Positions 8,190 through 17,725 of a stretch of DNA of 32,000 nt are shown here, piece after piece. The number at the start of each line of letters is the position of its first letter. Within the stretch, counting starts at the first letter, position 1. Under the pieces are notes generated by a model, which was given only the letters and a program-made list of their open reading frames with translations, was not told where the DNA came from and searched no databases. The position numbers and the translations under genes are program-made. Source of the stretch: a bacterium (lineage in GTDB: Bacteria > Cyanobacteriota > Sericytochromatia > S15B-MN24 > VGJW01); NCBI GenBank assembly GCA_021781555.1, contig JAJXWQ010000012.1, positions 27,956 through 59,955 on the forward strand, read 5' to 3'.

Positions 8190-9158
8190 ATGGACTCGCT
8201 GGCAGGGCATTCGCAGGCCGTCGCGGGCGAGGGGTCGCCGGGATCCACGCCGGCAGCCGTGGTCGCCAACATGCAAGAGGCGATCGTCGGCAAGGAGGAT
8301 GCGCTCCGCCTGGTCGTCTGCGCGCTCCTGGCGGGCGGCCATATCCTGCTCGACGACGTGCCGGGCGTGGGCAAGACGCTGATGGCCAAGACGCTGGCGC
8401 AGAGCGTGTCGGGGATCTTCAAGCGGGTGCAGTTCAGCCCGGACCTGATGCCGAGCGACGTCACGGGCATCAACGTATACCAGCAGGGCGATGGCCAGTT
8501 CCGCTTCGTGCCGGGCCCGATCTTCGCCAACGTGCTGCTGGCCGACGAGATCAACCGCGCCTCGCCACGCACGCAGTCGTGCCTGCTCGAGGCGATGGAG
8601 GAAGGCTACGTGACGGTGGATGGCGTCGGCTATCCCCTGCCGCGCCCGTTCCTGGTGGTGGCCACCCAGAACCCCGTCGAGTTCCACGGCACCTTCCCGC
8701 TGCCCGAGGCGCAGATCGATCGCTTCGCGGTGAGCCTGACGCTCGGCTATCCCCAGCCCGATCAGGAGGCCCGCCTGCTTTCGGGGCACTGGGCGCGGCT
8801 CGACGGCGCGCCGGTCGAGCCGGTGATCGAGCTGTCGCAGCTGGCCGCCTGGCAGGAAGAGGTGCGAGGCGTGAGCGTGGCTGCCGAGCTGCAGCAGTAC
8901 ATCGTGCGCGTGCTGACGGCCACGCGCACCCACCCGAGGATCGCGCTCGGGGTGAGTCCACGCGGCGGCCTGATCTGGCAGCGACTGGCCCAGGCCTGGG
9001 CGTTCCTGGCCGGGCGGGACTTCGTCGTGCCCGACGACCTCAAGGCCGTGGCGATGTCCTGCCTCAACCATCGCCTGGTCCTGGCGGGAAAATCGACGCG
9101 CGCCCTGCGGAGCCAGGTTCTCCTGGACGTCCTCGAGGGCGTGCCTGTGCCGATCTAG
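8190..9158 (+). CDS. MoxR-family AAA+ ATPase
   Basis: Walker A is DDVPGVGKT and Walker B is VLLADEINR. The sensor region FLVVATQNPVE...PEAQIDRF is present. The size of ~322 aa is typical of MoxR. I chose the ATG at 8190, one codon after the track's TTG. Confidence 0.9.
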   Translation: MDSLAGHSQAVAGEGSPGSTPAAVVANMQEAIVGKEDALRLVVCALLAGGHILLDDVPGVGKTLMAKTLAQSVSGIFKRVQFSPDLMPSDVTGINVYQQGDGQFRFVPGPIFANVLLADEINRASPRTQSCLLEAMEEGYVTVDGVGYPLPRPFLVVATQNPVEFHGTFPLPEAQIDRFAVSLTLGYPQPDQEARLLSGHWARLDGAPVEPVIELSQLAAWQEEVRGVSVAAELQQYIVRVLTATRTHPRIALGVSPRGGLIWQRLAQAWAFLAGRDFVVPDDLKAVAMSCLNHRLVLAGKSTRALRSQVLLDVLEGVPVPI

Positions 9159-9163
9159 GGCCG

Positions 9164-10273
9164 ATGTTCATGCGGGTCGGCGTCCTGCTGCTCATCGCCG
9201 CGGCCACGCTCTTTGCCGCCGTCAACGTGCAGATCGGGTGGCTCTATGCGCTCGGGGCGCTGTTCGTGGGTCTGCTGGCGGCATCGCCGGCACTTGGCGC
9301 CTGGCGCCTGCGAGCCGTGTCGGCCAGCGCGCGGGCCGAGCCCGAGACCGCCTGCCCCGAGCCGCTCTCGGTGGGCGTCGAGCTCGTCAACTATGGCCTG
9401 CTGGGCCGATCCTTCCTGGCCGTGATGGCGCCGCCACTGGGCGAGCGCTGGCCCGCCCGGTCACTGCTGCGCCAGCGGCCGCCCGAGCACTGGGCGATGG
9501 CCTTCGTGGAAGAGCTGCCCCCCGGGGGGCCGCGCACCGTGCAGCTGGCGGTTCCGGCTCCGCAGCGGGGCGCGTTCACCGATCCCGAGGTCTTCCTCCT
9601 GTGCGCGCCGCTGGGCCTGTTTTCGTGGTGGAAGCGGGTACGCATCCCCGGGGAGGTCATCGTGACGCCCCGGGTCGTGCCGCTCGACGGGATCGCCGGC
9701 TTCGACCCGGCCGAGGGCGGCGGCGAGGACCACCCCATGGCGCGGACGGTCCCCGAAGGCGAGATGCTGCGCTCGACGCGGGCTTACCGCCCGGGCGACC
9801 CGCTCCGGATGGTCCACTGGCGCACGAGTGCCCGCGCCGGCCACCTCGTCGTCAAGGAGACCGAGGGAACGGCCCTGGCTGGCGGGGCCACGGTGCTCCT
9901 GGACCTCGCAGGCCACTCGGCCGAGGGCCTGGAGCACGCGATCTGCGTCGCGGCATCGCTCCTTTCGTACCTGGCCGAAGGGGGCTTCCGGGTGCGGCTC
10001 ATCAGCCAGGCCGGCGTCGTCGAGGGCTCGCTGCAGTCCCAGCTCGAGGCCCTGGCGCGGGCCGGGGCCAGCAAGGATGGCCTGGCCCCGCTCATGGCCG
10101 ATCTCGAGCCCGCCGAGCTGGTCGTGATTTCCGCACGCGACGTCGGCTGGCGGTCGGTGGCGAGCTGCTGGATCCAGGTCGCCGAGCCCGGAACCCGGCC
10201 CACCGAGGGGACGCGCTTTTGCCCGGTGGGATGCGACGTGGCGGCGGCCTTGCGCGCGGACCGGCGCTCGTGA
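9164..10273 (+). CDS. DUF58-domain protein (MoxR partner)
   Basis: This is an internal ATG of track ORF 8579..10273. The N-terminus has two hydrophobic segments (MFMRVGVLLLIAAATLFAAV..LYALGALFVGLLAA). The hallmark STRAYRPGDPLRMVHWRTSARAGHLVVKE is present. Confidence 0.85.
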   Translation: MFMRVGVLLLIAAATLFAAVNVQIGWLYALGALFVGLLAASPALGAWRLRAVSASARAEPETACPEPLSVGVELVNYGLLGRSFLAVMAPPLGERWPARSLLRQRPPEHWAMAFVEELPPGGPRTVQLAVPAPQRGAFTDPEVFLLCAPLGLFSWWKRVRIPGEVIVTPRVVPLDGIAGFDPAEGGGEDHPMARTVPEGEMLRSTRAYRPGDPLRMVHWRTSARAGHLVVKETEGTALAGGATVLLDLAGHSAEGLEHAICVAASLLSYLAEGGFRVRLISQAGVVEGSLQSQLEALARAGASKDGLAPLMADLEPAELVVISARDVGWRSVASCWIQVAEPGTRPTEGTRFCPVGCDVAAALRADRRS

Positions 10274-12408
10274 GGGCCGACCGGAGCCCGCGCCTGTTCC
10301 GCCTGCAGGGCCGCGAGGAGGAAGAAGGGCCGCGCGGGGAGACCTTCTTCCTCGGCCTGCTGCGGCGGGACGATCCCCTGGGGCCGCTGCGACTGGCCAC
10401 GCTGGCCATCGTGATCATCGCCAGCCTGGGGCTCTTCTCGATCGATCCGCGCCCCGCCTACCTCGTGGCGATCGCGATCGCCGCCATCGGGAGCTGGTTC
10501 AGCCACTGGTTCAAGCGCCGGAGCTGGCTGGTCATCCTCCTCCTGGCGATCGGGATGGTCTACCTGCTGATCCAGCACCTGTCCAACGTGATCGCCCACA
10601 GCCAGGACACCCGGCTCCCGCTGGCCCAGATGCTGCTCTGGCTCTCGGTGCTCAACTCCTTCGACATGCCGCGCCGGCACAACCTGTTCATCGCCCAGAT
10701 CGTCGGCACGATCCTGGTGATCGTCACGGCAACCCTGTCGCGGGACCTGGCGTTCGGCTTCGTGCTGATCCCCTACTTCGTCGCACTGCTGATCTGGTCC
10801 CACCTGGATTCCCTGGCCGCCTTCGGCGTGCGGCCGCAAGCGCGGTCCGTGGCCCGCGAGCTGGTGCTGGCGGGGGGCGGGGCCGTGGCGATCGCGGCGC
10901 TCGTCTTCCTGGGGCTGCCGCGCGGCGGGGCGCCGATGCTACACCGGCTGCCGATGAGCGGCGAGCTGCAGCTGCCCTTCCACCAGGACACCCAGGTCCA
11001 GAATCCGGCCTATCCGGCGGGCCGCGACGATAGCGGGCCGCATCAGGCCAATCCCGACGCGTATTACGGGTTCACCGACGCGCTCGACCTCGATTACCGG
11101 GGGAAACTGAGCGATCAGGTCGCCTTGCGGATCCGGGCCAGCCGCCCCGAATACTGGCGCGGCATGGCCTTCGACCACTTCGACGGCCGGGTCTGGACGA
11201 TGACACGTCCCGACAAGGTCCACCGGCTCGAAAGCGGGACGCTCGATTACCAGTTGCCGCAAGAAACCCTGGCCATCTTCGGTTCGCCTCGGGTCGAGAC
11301 CCTCTACGTCGAGCAGAACCAGAGCAACCTCGTGCTCTTGCCCGGCGGGGCTCGCGAGCTGTTCTTCCCGTCGAGCCTGCTCTACCGGGATGCCTACGGG
11401 AGCCTCCGCAGTCCGGTCACCCTGGATCGTGGCCTGTACTACTCGGTCGAGTCACAGCCGCTGTACTGGGATCGCCGGATCCTGGACGCGGCGGGCGAAC
11501 CCCGCGGCCCGATCGCCAGCCGCATGGCGGCCTATCTCGAGGTGCCGGCAGACCTCCCCGCCCGCGACGTGGCCCTGGCGCACCGGCTCGTCCGCGGGGC
11601 GAAGGGGCCCTACGAGCGGGTCCGGGCGATCCTGAACTACCTGCGTCGGACCTATCCCTACGACCTGTCGATCCCGCACTTCCCGCCCCATGTCGACCAG
11701 GTCGACTACTTCCTGTTCGACCAGCGCCGGGGCTACTGCGAGCACTTCGCCTCGGCTCTCGCCGTGCTGGCCCGGACGGTCGGGGTCCCGACCCGTCTGG
11801 TGACGGGCTATGCCCCCGGAAGCTACGACATGTTCACCGGGTACTGGGATATCCGCACCGCGGATGCCCATGCCTGGGTCGAGGCCTACTTCGCGGGCAT
11901 CGGCTGGGTGCCCTTCGACCCCACGCCAGGCTTCGCTCCCCCCGCCCAGATGGCGCGCAGCGGGCCCACGGTGCCGGGACTGATGTTCCTGGGTTACGCG
12001 CAGGATCGCCTCGGGCCGATGTTCTGGGCCGTGCTGGCCGCGCTGGTCGCGCTCGCGATCGGCCTGGCCTGGGCCTTGCGCGGCGAGGCCGTGCAGCTGC
12101 GGGCCCTGCGCCGCCGCTCCCCCTCGCCCGAAGCCTTTGCCGCCAGCCGGGCCTACGTGCGCCTGCTGGCCGTGCTCGCGCGAAGAGGCATGCCGCGTCG
12201 GCCGGGCTGGAGCGCCCGCGAGCACGCTCGGGCCGCGGTCGAGCTCGCGGCGATCGCCCCGGCGGCTCTTGAACTCGAGGAATTTGCCTCCCTCTACCAG
12301 CAAGCGCGATTCGGTCCGCGGCCCACAAGCGCGCAGATCAGCCAGCTCGAGGGCCTGCTGGCACGGGTACGACGCCGGCTGGCCGCCACTCCCGCACGGC
12401 GGAGCTGA
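10270..12408 (+). CDS. Transglutaminase-like membrane protein (multi-TM N-terminus plus transglutaminase core)
   Basis: The GTG start overlaps the DUF58 stop (GTGA). The earlier part of track ORF 9238..12408 overlaps DUF58 in another frame and I rejected it. Several TM helices are present (LATLAIVIIASLGLF etc.). The Cys-His-Asp core is RRGYCEHFASALAVLAR...DAHAWVEAYFAGIGWVPFDPT. Confidence 0.85.
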   Translation: MRADRSPRLFRLQGREEEEGPRGETFFLGLLRRDDPLGPLRLATLAIVIIASLGLFSIDPRPAYLVAIAIAAIGSWFSHWFKRRSWLVILLLAIGMVYLLIQHLSNVIAHSQDTRLPLAQMLLWLSVLNSFDMPRRHNLFIAQIVGTILVIVTATLSRDLAFGFVLIPYFVALLIWSHLDSLAAFGVRPQARSVARELVLAGGGAVAIAALVFLGLPRGGAPMLHRLPMSGELQLPFHQDTQVQNPAYPAGRDDSGPHQANPDAYYGFTDALDLDYRGKLSDQVALRIRASRPEYWRGMAFDHFDGRVWTMTRPDKVHRLESGTLDYQLPQETLAIFGSPRVETLYVEQNQSNLVLLPGGARELFFPSSLLYRDAYGSLRSPVTLDRGLYYSVESQPLYWDRRILDAAGEPRGPIASRMAAYLEVPADLPARDVALAHRLVRGAKGPYERVRAILNYLRRTYPYDLSIPHFPPHVDQVDYFLFDQRRGYCEHFASALAVLARTVGVPTRLVTGYAPGSYDMFTGYWDIRTADAHAWVEAYFAGIGWVPFDPTPGFAPPAQMARSGPTVPGLMFLGYAQDRLGPMFWAVLAALVALAIGLAWALRGEAVQLRALRRRSPSPEAFAASRAYVRLLAVLARRGMPRRPGWSAREHARAAVELAAIAPAALELEEFASLYQQARFGPRPTSAQISQLEGLLARVRRRLAATPARRS

Positions 12409-12649
12409 GCCCGCTCGCCCCCACCTCCGGCGCCAAGCCGGTAAAATGGAGCGGTCCGGTCATTCCACCGAAGATTCTTGGTCCGATCCCCCGGCCATCT
12501 CCCCCGATTCTCCACAGGTTCGTCCCCTGTTCGCTGCCCGGCTCGCGCCATCCTGTGCTTCTGATGTCTGGATCGTAGGGATCCCGCCCGGACCGGCAAC
12601 ACACGTCTCAGGTGGCGATCGAGGCCCAAGGAGATCGAACAGGTACGCG

Positions 12650-14470
12650 ATGGACGACAAGGAACGGGTACGCGAGCGCGCCGACATCTATTCGGTGGTG
12701 AGCGCTTACGTGCGGCTCAAGAAGAGCGGCCGGGGCTACACCGGCCTGTGCCCGTTCCACGATGAGCGCAACCCCAGCTTCAGCGTCCTGCCCGAGCGCG
12801 GAACCTTCAAGTGCTTCACCTGCGACAAGAAGGGTGACGTCTTCAAGTTCATCGAGCTCAAAGAGGGCGTCGACTTCCGGCGGGCGCTCGAGCTCCTCGC
12901 CGAGCGTTTCGGGGTGGAGCTCACCCGCCAGAGCGGGCCGGAGCGCGACGAGCGCCGGCAGCTTCGCGAAGCCCTGGACGAGGCAGCCCGCTTCTACCGC
13001 CAGACCCTGACCGCGGGCGAGGCCGGCGCGGAGGCTCGCCGGTACGCCGAGCACCGGGGCCTCTCGCCAGAGAGTCAGGAGCGCTTCGGCATCGGCGCGG
13101 CGCCCAGGGCCTGGGACTCGCTGTACCGGCATCTGTCCGGGCTTGGTTTCGCACCCGAGACGCTGGAGGCCGCGGGCCTGATCCTCCCTGGAACCCAGGG
13201 CTGGCGCGACATGTTCCGCGGGAGGCTGATCTTCCCCATCTGTTCGGACGTGGGCGCGGTCATCGCCTTCGGCGGCCGGGCGCTGTCCGACGAGGACCGC
13301 CCCAAGTACCTCAACTCCCCCGAGACCTTGCTCTACCAGAAGTCCCAGCAGCTCTTCGGGCTGCACCTGGCCAAGGCCACGATCAAGCAGAACGACCGGG
13401 CGATCCTGGTCGAGGGCTACATGGACGTCGTGGCGCTGCACCAGGCCGGGTTCACCGAGGCCATAGGGGCGCTCGGCACGGCGCTGACGGCGCCGCAGGC
13501 CCGCGCCATCCTGCGCTACACCGAATCCGGCCGCGTCGTGGTCTGCTTCGACTCCGATCGCGCCGGGCAGGAGGCTGCCGCTCGCGGCGTCTCGACGCTC
13601 GAGGAGGTGGCCAGGGCCACGCGACTGGCGCTCTCGGTGCTGTCCGTGCCCGACGGCAAGGATCCCGACGCCTTCATCCGGGCCCACGGCGCCGAGCGCT
13701 TCGCCGAGCTTCTGGCCGCCGCCCCGTCGATGGTGGATTTCATGATCGACCGCGTGCTGGCCCAGCAGGCCGACCTCTCGACCCCCGAGGGCCGCAATGC
13801 GGCCGTGCGCAAGTTGATCCCCATCTTCGCCGGGCTCGAGACCCAGTCCCAGGTAGAGCCGCACCTGCACCGGGTGGCGTCCCGTCTGGGTCTCAACGAC
13901 CTGGGCCTGTGGCTGGATATTGCGCCGCACCTCCGCTATAGTAGAACGCCTCGTCACGCGACGAGGGCGCCCAGAGCCAGCAACGACAACGCCATTGGGC
14001 AACAAGGCACGACGGAGGCTGAGCGTGGCCTCATCTACCTCATGGTCGAGCATGCAGAAGTCCGCCGGCTTGTGGCCGAGCGCCTGGGTGGTGTCGCGCT
14101 GCCCCAGGCGATCGTCGAGCGCATCCGCCTGCGCCTGTGCGCCGAGATCGACGGCCCGGTCGGCTGGGAGCACTGGCTGGCCGCGCTCGAAGGCACGCCC
14201 GAGTACGAGGTCCTCGTCGACGTCCAGTTCGAGGATCCCGAGGCGTTCGCCATCAAGCCGCACGAGCAGGCTGAAGACTTCATCCGTACCGTCCTGGCAG
14301 CCCACTGGGAGGCCGAGGTGGCACGCTTGAGGACCTCCCTTGGACAGGCCGGTCTGCCAGCCGAGGACCTGGCCCGGATCTCCAGGGACCTGGCCGATGC
14401 CATCGCCAGGTCGCGCCAGTACAAGGCTGAACGCTCGAGCCGGGGGATACCGGCTGCATCCGGGAGCTAG
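12650..14470 (+). CDS. dnaG: DNA primase
   Basis: This is an internal ATG of track ORF 12137..14470. The zinc-ribbon motif is GLCPFHDERNPSFSV...FKCFTCDKKGDVFKF. The TOPRIM region is ILVEGYMDVVALHQAG...VVCFDSDRAGQEAA. It sits immediately upstream of rpoD. Confidence 0.93.
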   Translation: MDDKERVRERADIYSVVSAYVRLKKSGRGYTGLCPFHDERNPSFSVLPERGTFKCFTCDKKGDVFKFIELKEGVDFRRALELLAERFGVELTRQSGPERDERRQLREALDEAARFYRQTLTAGEAGAEARRYAEHRGLSPESQERFGIGAAPRAWDSLYRHLSGLGFAPETLEAAGLILPGTQGWRDMFRGRLIFPICSDVGAVIAFGGRALSDEDRPKYLNSPETLLYQKSQQLFGLHLAKATIKQNDRAILVEGYMDVVALHQAGFTEAIGALGTALTAPQARAILRYTESGRVVVCFDSDRAGQEAAARGVSTLEEVARATRLALSVLSVPDGKDPDAFIRAHGAERFAELLAAAPSMVDFMIDRVLAQQADLSTPEGRNAAVRKLIPIFAGLETQSQVEPHLHRVASRLGLNDLGLWLDIAPHLRYSRTPRHATRAPRASNDNAIGQQGTTEAERGLIYLMVEHAEVRRLVAERLGGVALPQAIVERIRLRLCAEIDGPVGWEHWLAALEGTPEYEVLVDVQFEDPEAFAIKPHEQAEDFIRTVLAAHWEAEVARLRTSLGQAGLPAEDLARISRDLADAIARSRQYKAERSSRGIPAASGS

Positions 14471-14473
14471 ACG

Positions 14474-15496
<1,023 letters not shown>

Positions 15497-15720
15497 CGCC
15501 GGCCGGGTCCGGCGAGCATGCGTCGGTTCGGGATCATTTCTGGGTGAAACTGCCCTAGCCTGGCGGCCCGCCTTGGACCTAGGATGCCAAGGGTTCGGGG
15601 AGGTGGAGGAGCGAAACGAGGCAGGTCGCGAGATCGGGGCTTTCGCCATCCTTGCGGCGAGCGCGGGAGATCTTGCGACCTCCGGAGCCCTCCCTCCCCG
15701 GACCTTTGTCCGCGCCGGAG

Positions 15721-16578
15721 TCAGCGCGCCTGGGTATCGATCTGCTTCGCCATCGCATCCTCGTAGCGCCGACGAGCGAGATCGAGGAATTCGGGTTCGA
15801 GGTCGATTCCGACGAACCGGCGGCCGTGGTGGGCTGCCGCCAGCCCGGTCGTACCGCTGCCGACGAAGGGATCGAGGATCAGATCGTCGGGGCGCGAAGA
15901 GGCCAGGATGATCCGCTCCAGGAGCGCGTAAGGCTTCTGCGTGGGATGGTGGCCGAGGCGCTTCTCGGCCTGCGAGGGAGCCAGGAGTCTCCAGACCGAC
16001 TTCATCTGCCGGCCACCGGCAAGCTCCCGCATGGCCGCGTAGTTGAAGGTGTGGCGGCTCTTGGCACCCCGAGCCGCCCACAGGATCGTCTCGGTCGCAT
16101 GCGTGAAGTAGCGGCACGAGAGATTCGGGGGCGGGTTGGGCTTTTCCCAGGTGATGTCGTTGAGCAGCTTGAAGCCGAGCTGCTGCATGGCGAAACCGAC
16201 CGAGAAGATCACGTGCCGGGTCCCCGAGACCCAGACCGTGCCGTCGGGCGCCAGGCCTTGCTGCACCGCCGCGAGCCAGGCGCGGTTGAAGCGGTGCATC
16301 TCGTCGAGCGACTCCAGGCGATCCCAGCTCCCCTTGTCGACCTTCACCATCCGGCCGGCCTGGCAGGTGATGCCGCCGTTGGACAGGAAGTAGGGAGGAT
16401 CGGCGAAGGCCATGGCGATCTTACCGCCGAGGTCGAGGCGATCGAGCACGTCGAGAACGTCGCCCTGATACAGGCGGAACCGCCCGTCGGGCGACGAATA
16501 GAAGGGAGTGATCTCGTCCACTTGATCCAAATCTCCTGGATCCACTGCAGTTAATCCCGAAAACTTGTCGTCGAACAA
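15721..16578 (-). CDS. Beta-class (circularly permuted) DNA methyltransferase, probably N6-adenine (CcrM/HinfI-like architecture)
   Basis: Motif IV (FADPPYFLSNGG) lies near the N-terminus and motif I (LDPFVGSGTTG) near the C-terminus. The start is TTG. The gene is convergent with rpoD and no nuclease gene is adjacent. Confidence 0.85.
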   Translation of the reverse strand: MFDDKFSGLTAVDPGDLDQVDEITPFYSSPDGRFRLYQGDVLDVLDRLDLGGKIAMAFADPPYFLSNGGITCQAGRMVKVDKGSWDRLESLDEMHRFNRAWLAAVQQGLAPDGTVWVSGTRHVIFSVGFAMQQLGFKLLNDITWEKPNPPPNLSCRYFTHATETILWAARGAKSRHTFNYAAMRELAGGRQMKSVWRLLAPSQAEKRLGHHPTQKPYALLERIILASSRPDDLILDPFVGSGTTGLAAAHHGRRFVGIDLEPEFLDLARRRYEDAMAKQIDTQAR

Positions 16579-16678
16579 TTGTCTCCGTGGATAACTGGCT
16601 AAATTCCTTTAGTTTTATCAATTACATGCGATATCTCCTGAAGTCGGGTACAATGATCACAAGATCTCGTTAGATACG
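16579..16678. promoter_or_regulatory. AT-rich divergent intergenic region (presumed promoters for the methyltransferase and the zinc-ribbon gene)
   Basis: My hand count gives 39 G+C in these 100 nt, within a window that is otherwise strongly GC-rich. It contains a TACAAT box (gggTACAATga) oriented toward the + strand gene. I found no convincing -35. Confidence 0.35.
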
Positions 16679-16879
16679 ATGTCCCAAACGAAGGGAAGGA
16701 CAGCAATGGCCAAGATCAAGCGGACCGACGAGCAGAAGGGTCTCCAGACCTGCAAGTACTGCGTGCAGTGCGGGCTATGGATGCCGCTGGCCAACTTCTA
16801 CACGGATCGGGCAAAGGGCGATGGCCTCCGCCCCTACTGCAAGCCCTGCGACATCGCCAAGGCCAAGCGCGCCGTCTAG
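16679..16879 (+). CDS. Small zinc-ribbon protein (CxxC...CxxC), of a type common at the N-termini of phage or mobile-element proteins
   Basis: The sequence is CKYCVQCGLWMPLANFYTDRAKGDGLRPYCKPCDIAKAKR. The likelier start is the ATG at 16706 (MAKIKR...), which is preceded by GAAGGGAAGGA. The gene looks less GC-rich than its neighbours by eye. Confidence 0.55.
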   Translation: MSQTKGRTAMAKIKRTDEQKGLQTCKYCVQCGLWMPLANFYTDRAKGDGLRPYCKPCDIAKAKRAV

Positions 16880-16962
16880 GTCGGTCAGATCGCGGGAGCC
16901 CGACGCGGCTCCCTGCCGAACTTGCGGAGCCATTCCCAGCCCGGACGCAGCCCGTTCGCATT

Positions 16963-17092
16963 CCAGTCGCAGCCCCCCTGCGCTCCCCATGTAGCCCGGC
17001 TTCCGCAAGCCGTTCGCCGTCGACGCCCCCACCCGCCGAGTGGGGGCGTCAATGGCGTCAACTTCGCTGGGCAACCGGCCCCGTTTGACTCC
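16963..17092 (-). repeat. Long variant of the dispersed repeat family (copy e) with a nested 10-bp hairpin
   Basis: On the minus strand, ggaGTCAAACGGGGCCGGTTGCcCAGCGAAG (17092..17062) matches the 5' half of the family. A weaker 3'-half match (GCGCAGgGGGgC..GACTGga) lies at 16986..16963. Between them is a perfect hairpin, GACGCCCCCA-N9-TGGGGGCGTC, at 17022..17050. Confidence 0.55.
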
Positions 17093-17259
17093 ACGGGCCC
17101 AGGTCCCTCTTGCCTGGGTCGGCACCGGATCTCATGACCCCTCCTTTATCCGTGACTAGTTGACATTAAACTGGTCTCCATGTCATTGTCGATCGCAAGA
17201 GCGTAGCCGCCTCCCGGCCAGAGGGCTCCCGAGGCGCGAGTCGACAGGAGAGTGCGTCC

Positions 17260-17688
17260 ATGCGGCCAAAGATCAGCCTGTTCCGGGCATCCGACCGTGC
17301 CACCTACCCCCACAACGTCCACCTGGCCATCCTCACCCGCGGCCGGCGCCAGGTCCTCGAGCCGGTCGCCGAGGCGCTGATCGACCTGTTCCGCGAGGTC
17401 GACAACTACGGCCTCGACAAGATCCGCGCCGTCCTCGTCGGCGCCGACCAGCTCCACGTCGTCGTGGCCATCCCACCCAACCGCTCCATCGCGCAGGTTG
17501 CCAGCCGCCTGAAGAGCCACGCCAACCTGCGCCTGACCAAAGATAACCCCGACCTCACGGCCAGCCTCGGGGGCCGGGCCCTGTGGCAGCGCGGCTACGC
17601 CTGCAAGGTTCTGGGTCCCCGGACGATGGCCGATATCAAGACCTACCTCTCGCACCAGCGGGAGTCCGGCACCGCGGAGCTGGCCTGA
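17260..17688 (+). CDS. tnpA: IS200/IS605-family Y1 (HUH-type) transposase homologue, TnpA-like, with no tnpB
   Basis: It aligns by eye to Salmonella IS200 TnpA: ADQLHVVVAIPP against ADHIHMLLEIPP, LWQRGYACKVLG against FWCRGYYVDTVG, and IKTYLSHQ against IQDYIKHQ (the catalytic Tyr and Gln are kept). AGGAGA lies 8 nt upstream of the ATG. Confidence 0.8.
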   Translation: MRPKISLFRASDRATYPHNVHLAILTRGRRQVLEPVAEALIDLFREVDNYGLDKIRAVLVGADQLHVVVAIPPNRSIAQVASRLKSHANLRLTKDNPDLTASLGGRALWQRGYACKVLGPRTMADIKTYLSHQRESGTAELA

Positions 17689-17725
17689 TCTTCGCGCCCG
17701 TGGCCGTTGCCGGACCCCAAATCGC

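Noticed and set aside
15497-15540. Intrinsic terminator after rpoD (GCCGG-CCGGGT-CCGGC)
   Set aside because: The stem is only 5 bp and has no following T-tract. This is too weak to call.
15721-16879. A complete type II restriction-modification pair, with the zinc-ribbon ORF serving as the nuclease or controller
   Set aside because: The neighbouring ORF is only 57-66 aa. It has a bare CxxC/CxxC ribbon, no PD-(D/E)xK, HNH or GIY-YIG catalytic motif, and no C-protein HTH. I treat the methyltransferase as orphan.
17100-17145. tRNA-like anticodon loop (CTCATGA, anticodon CAT) in the non-coding tract upstream of tnpA
   Set aside because: The flanking bases do not form a 5-bp anticodon stem, and no acceptor or T-arm (GTTCRANYC) could be found on either strand.
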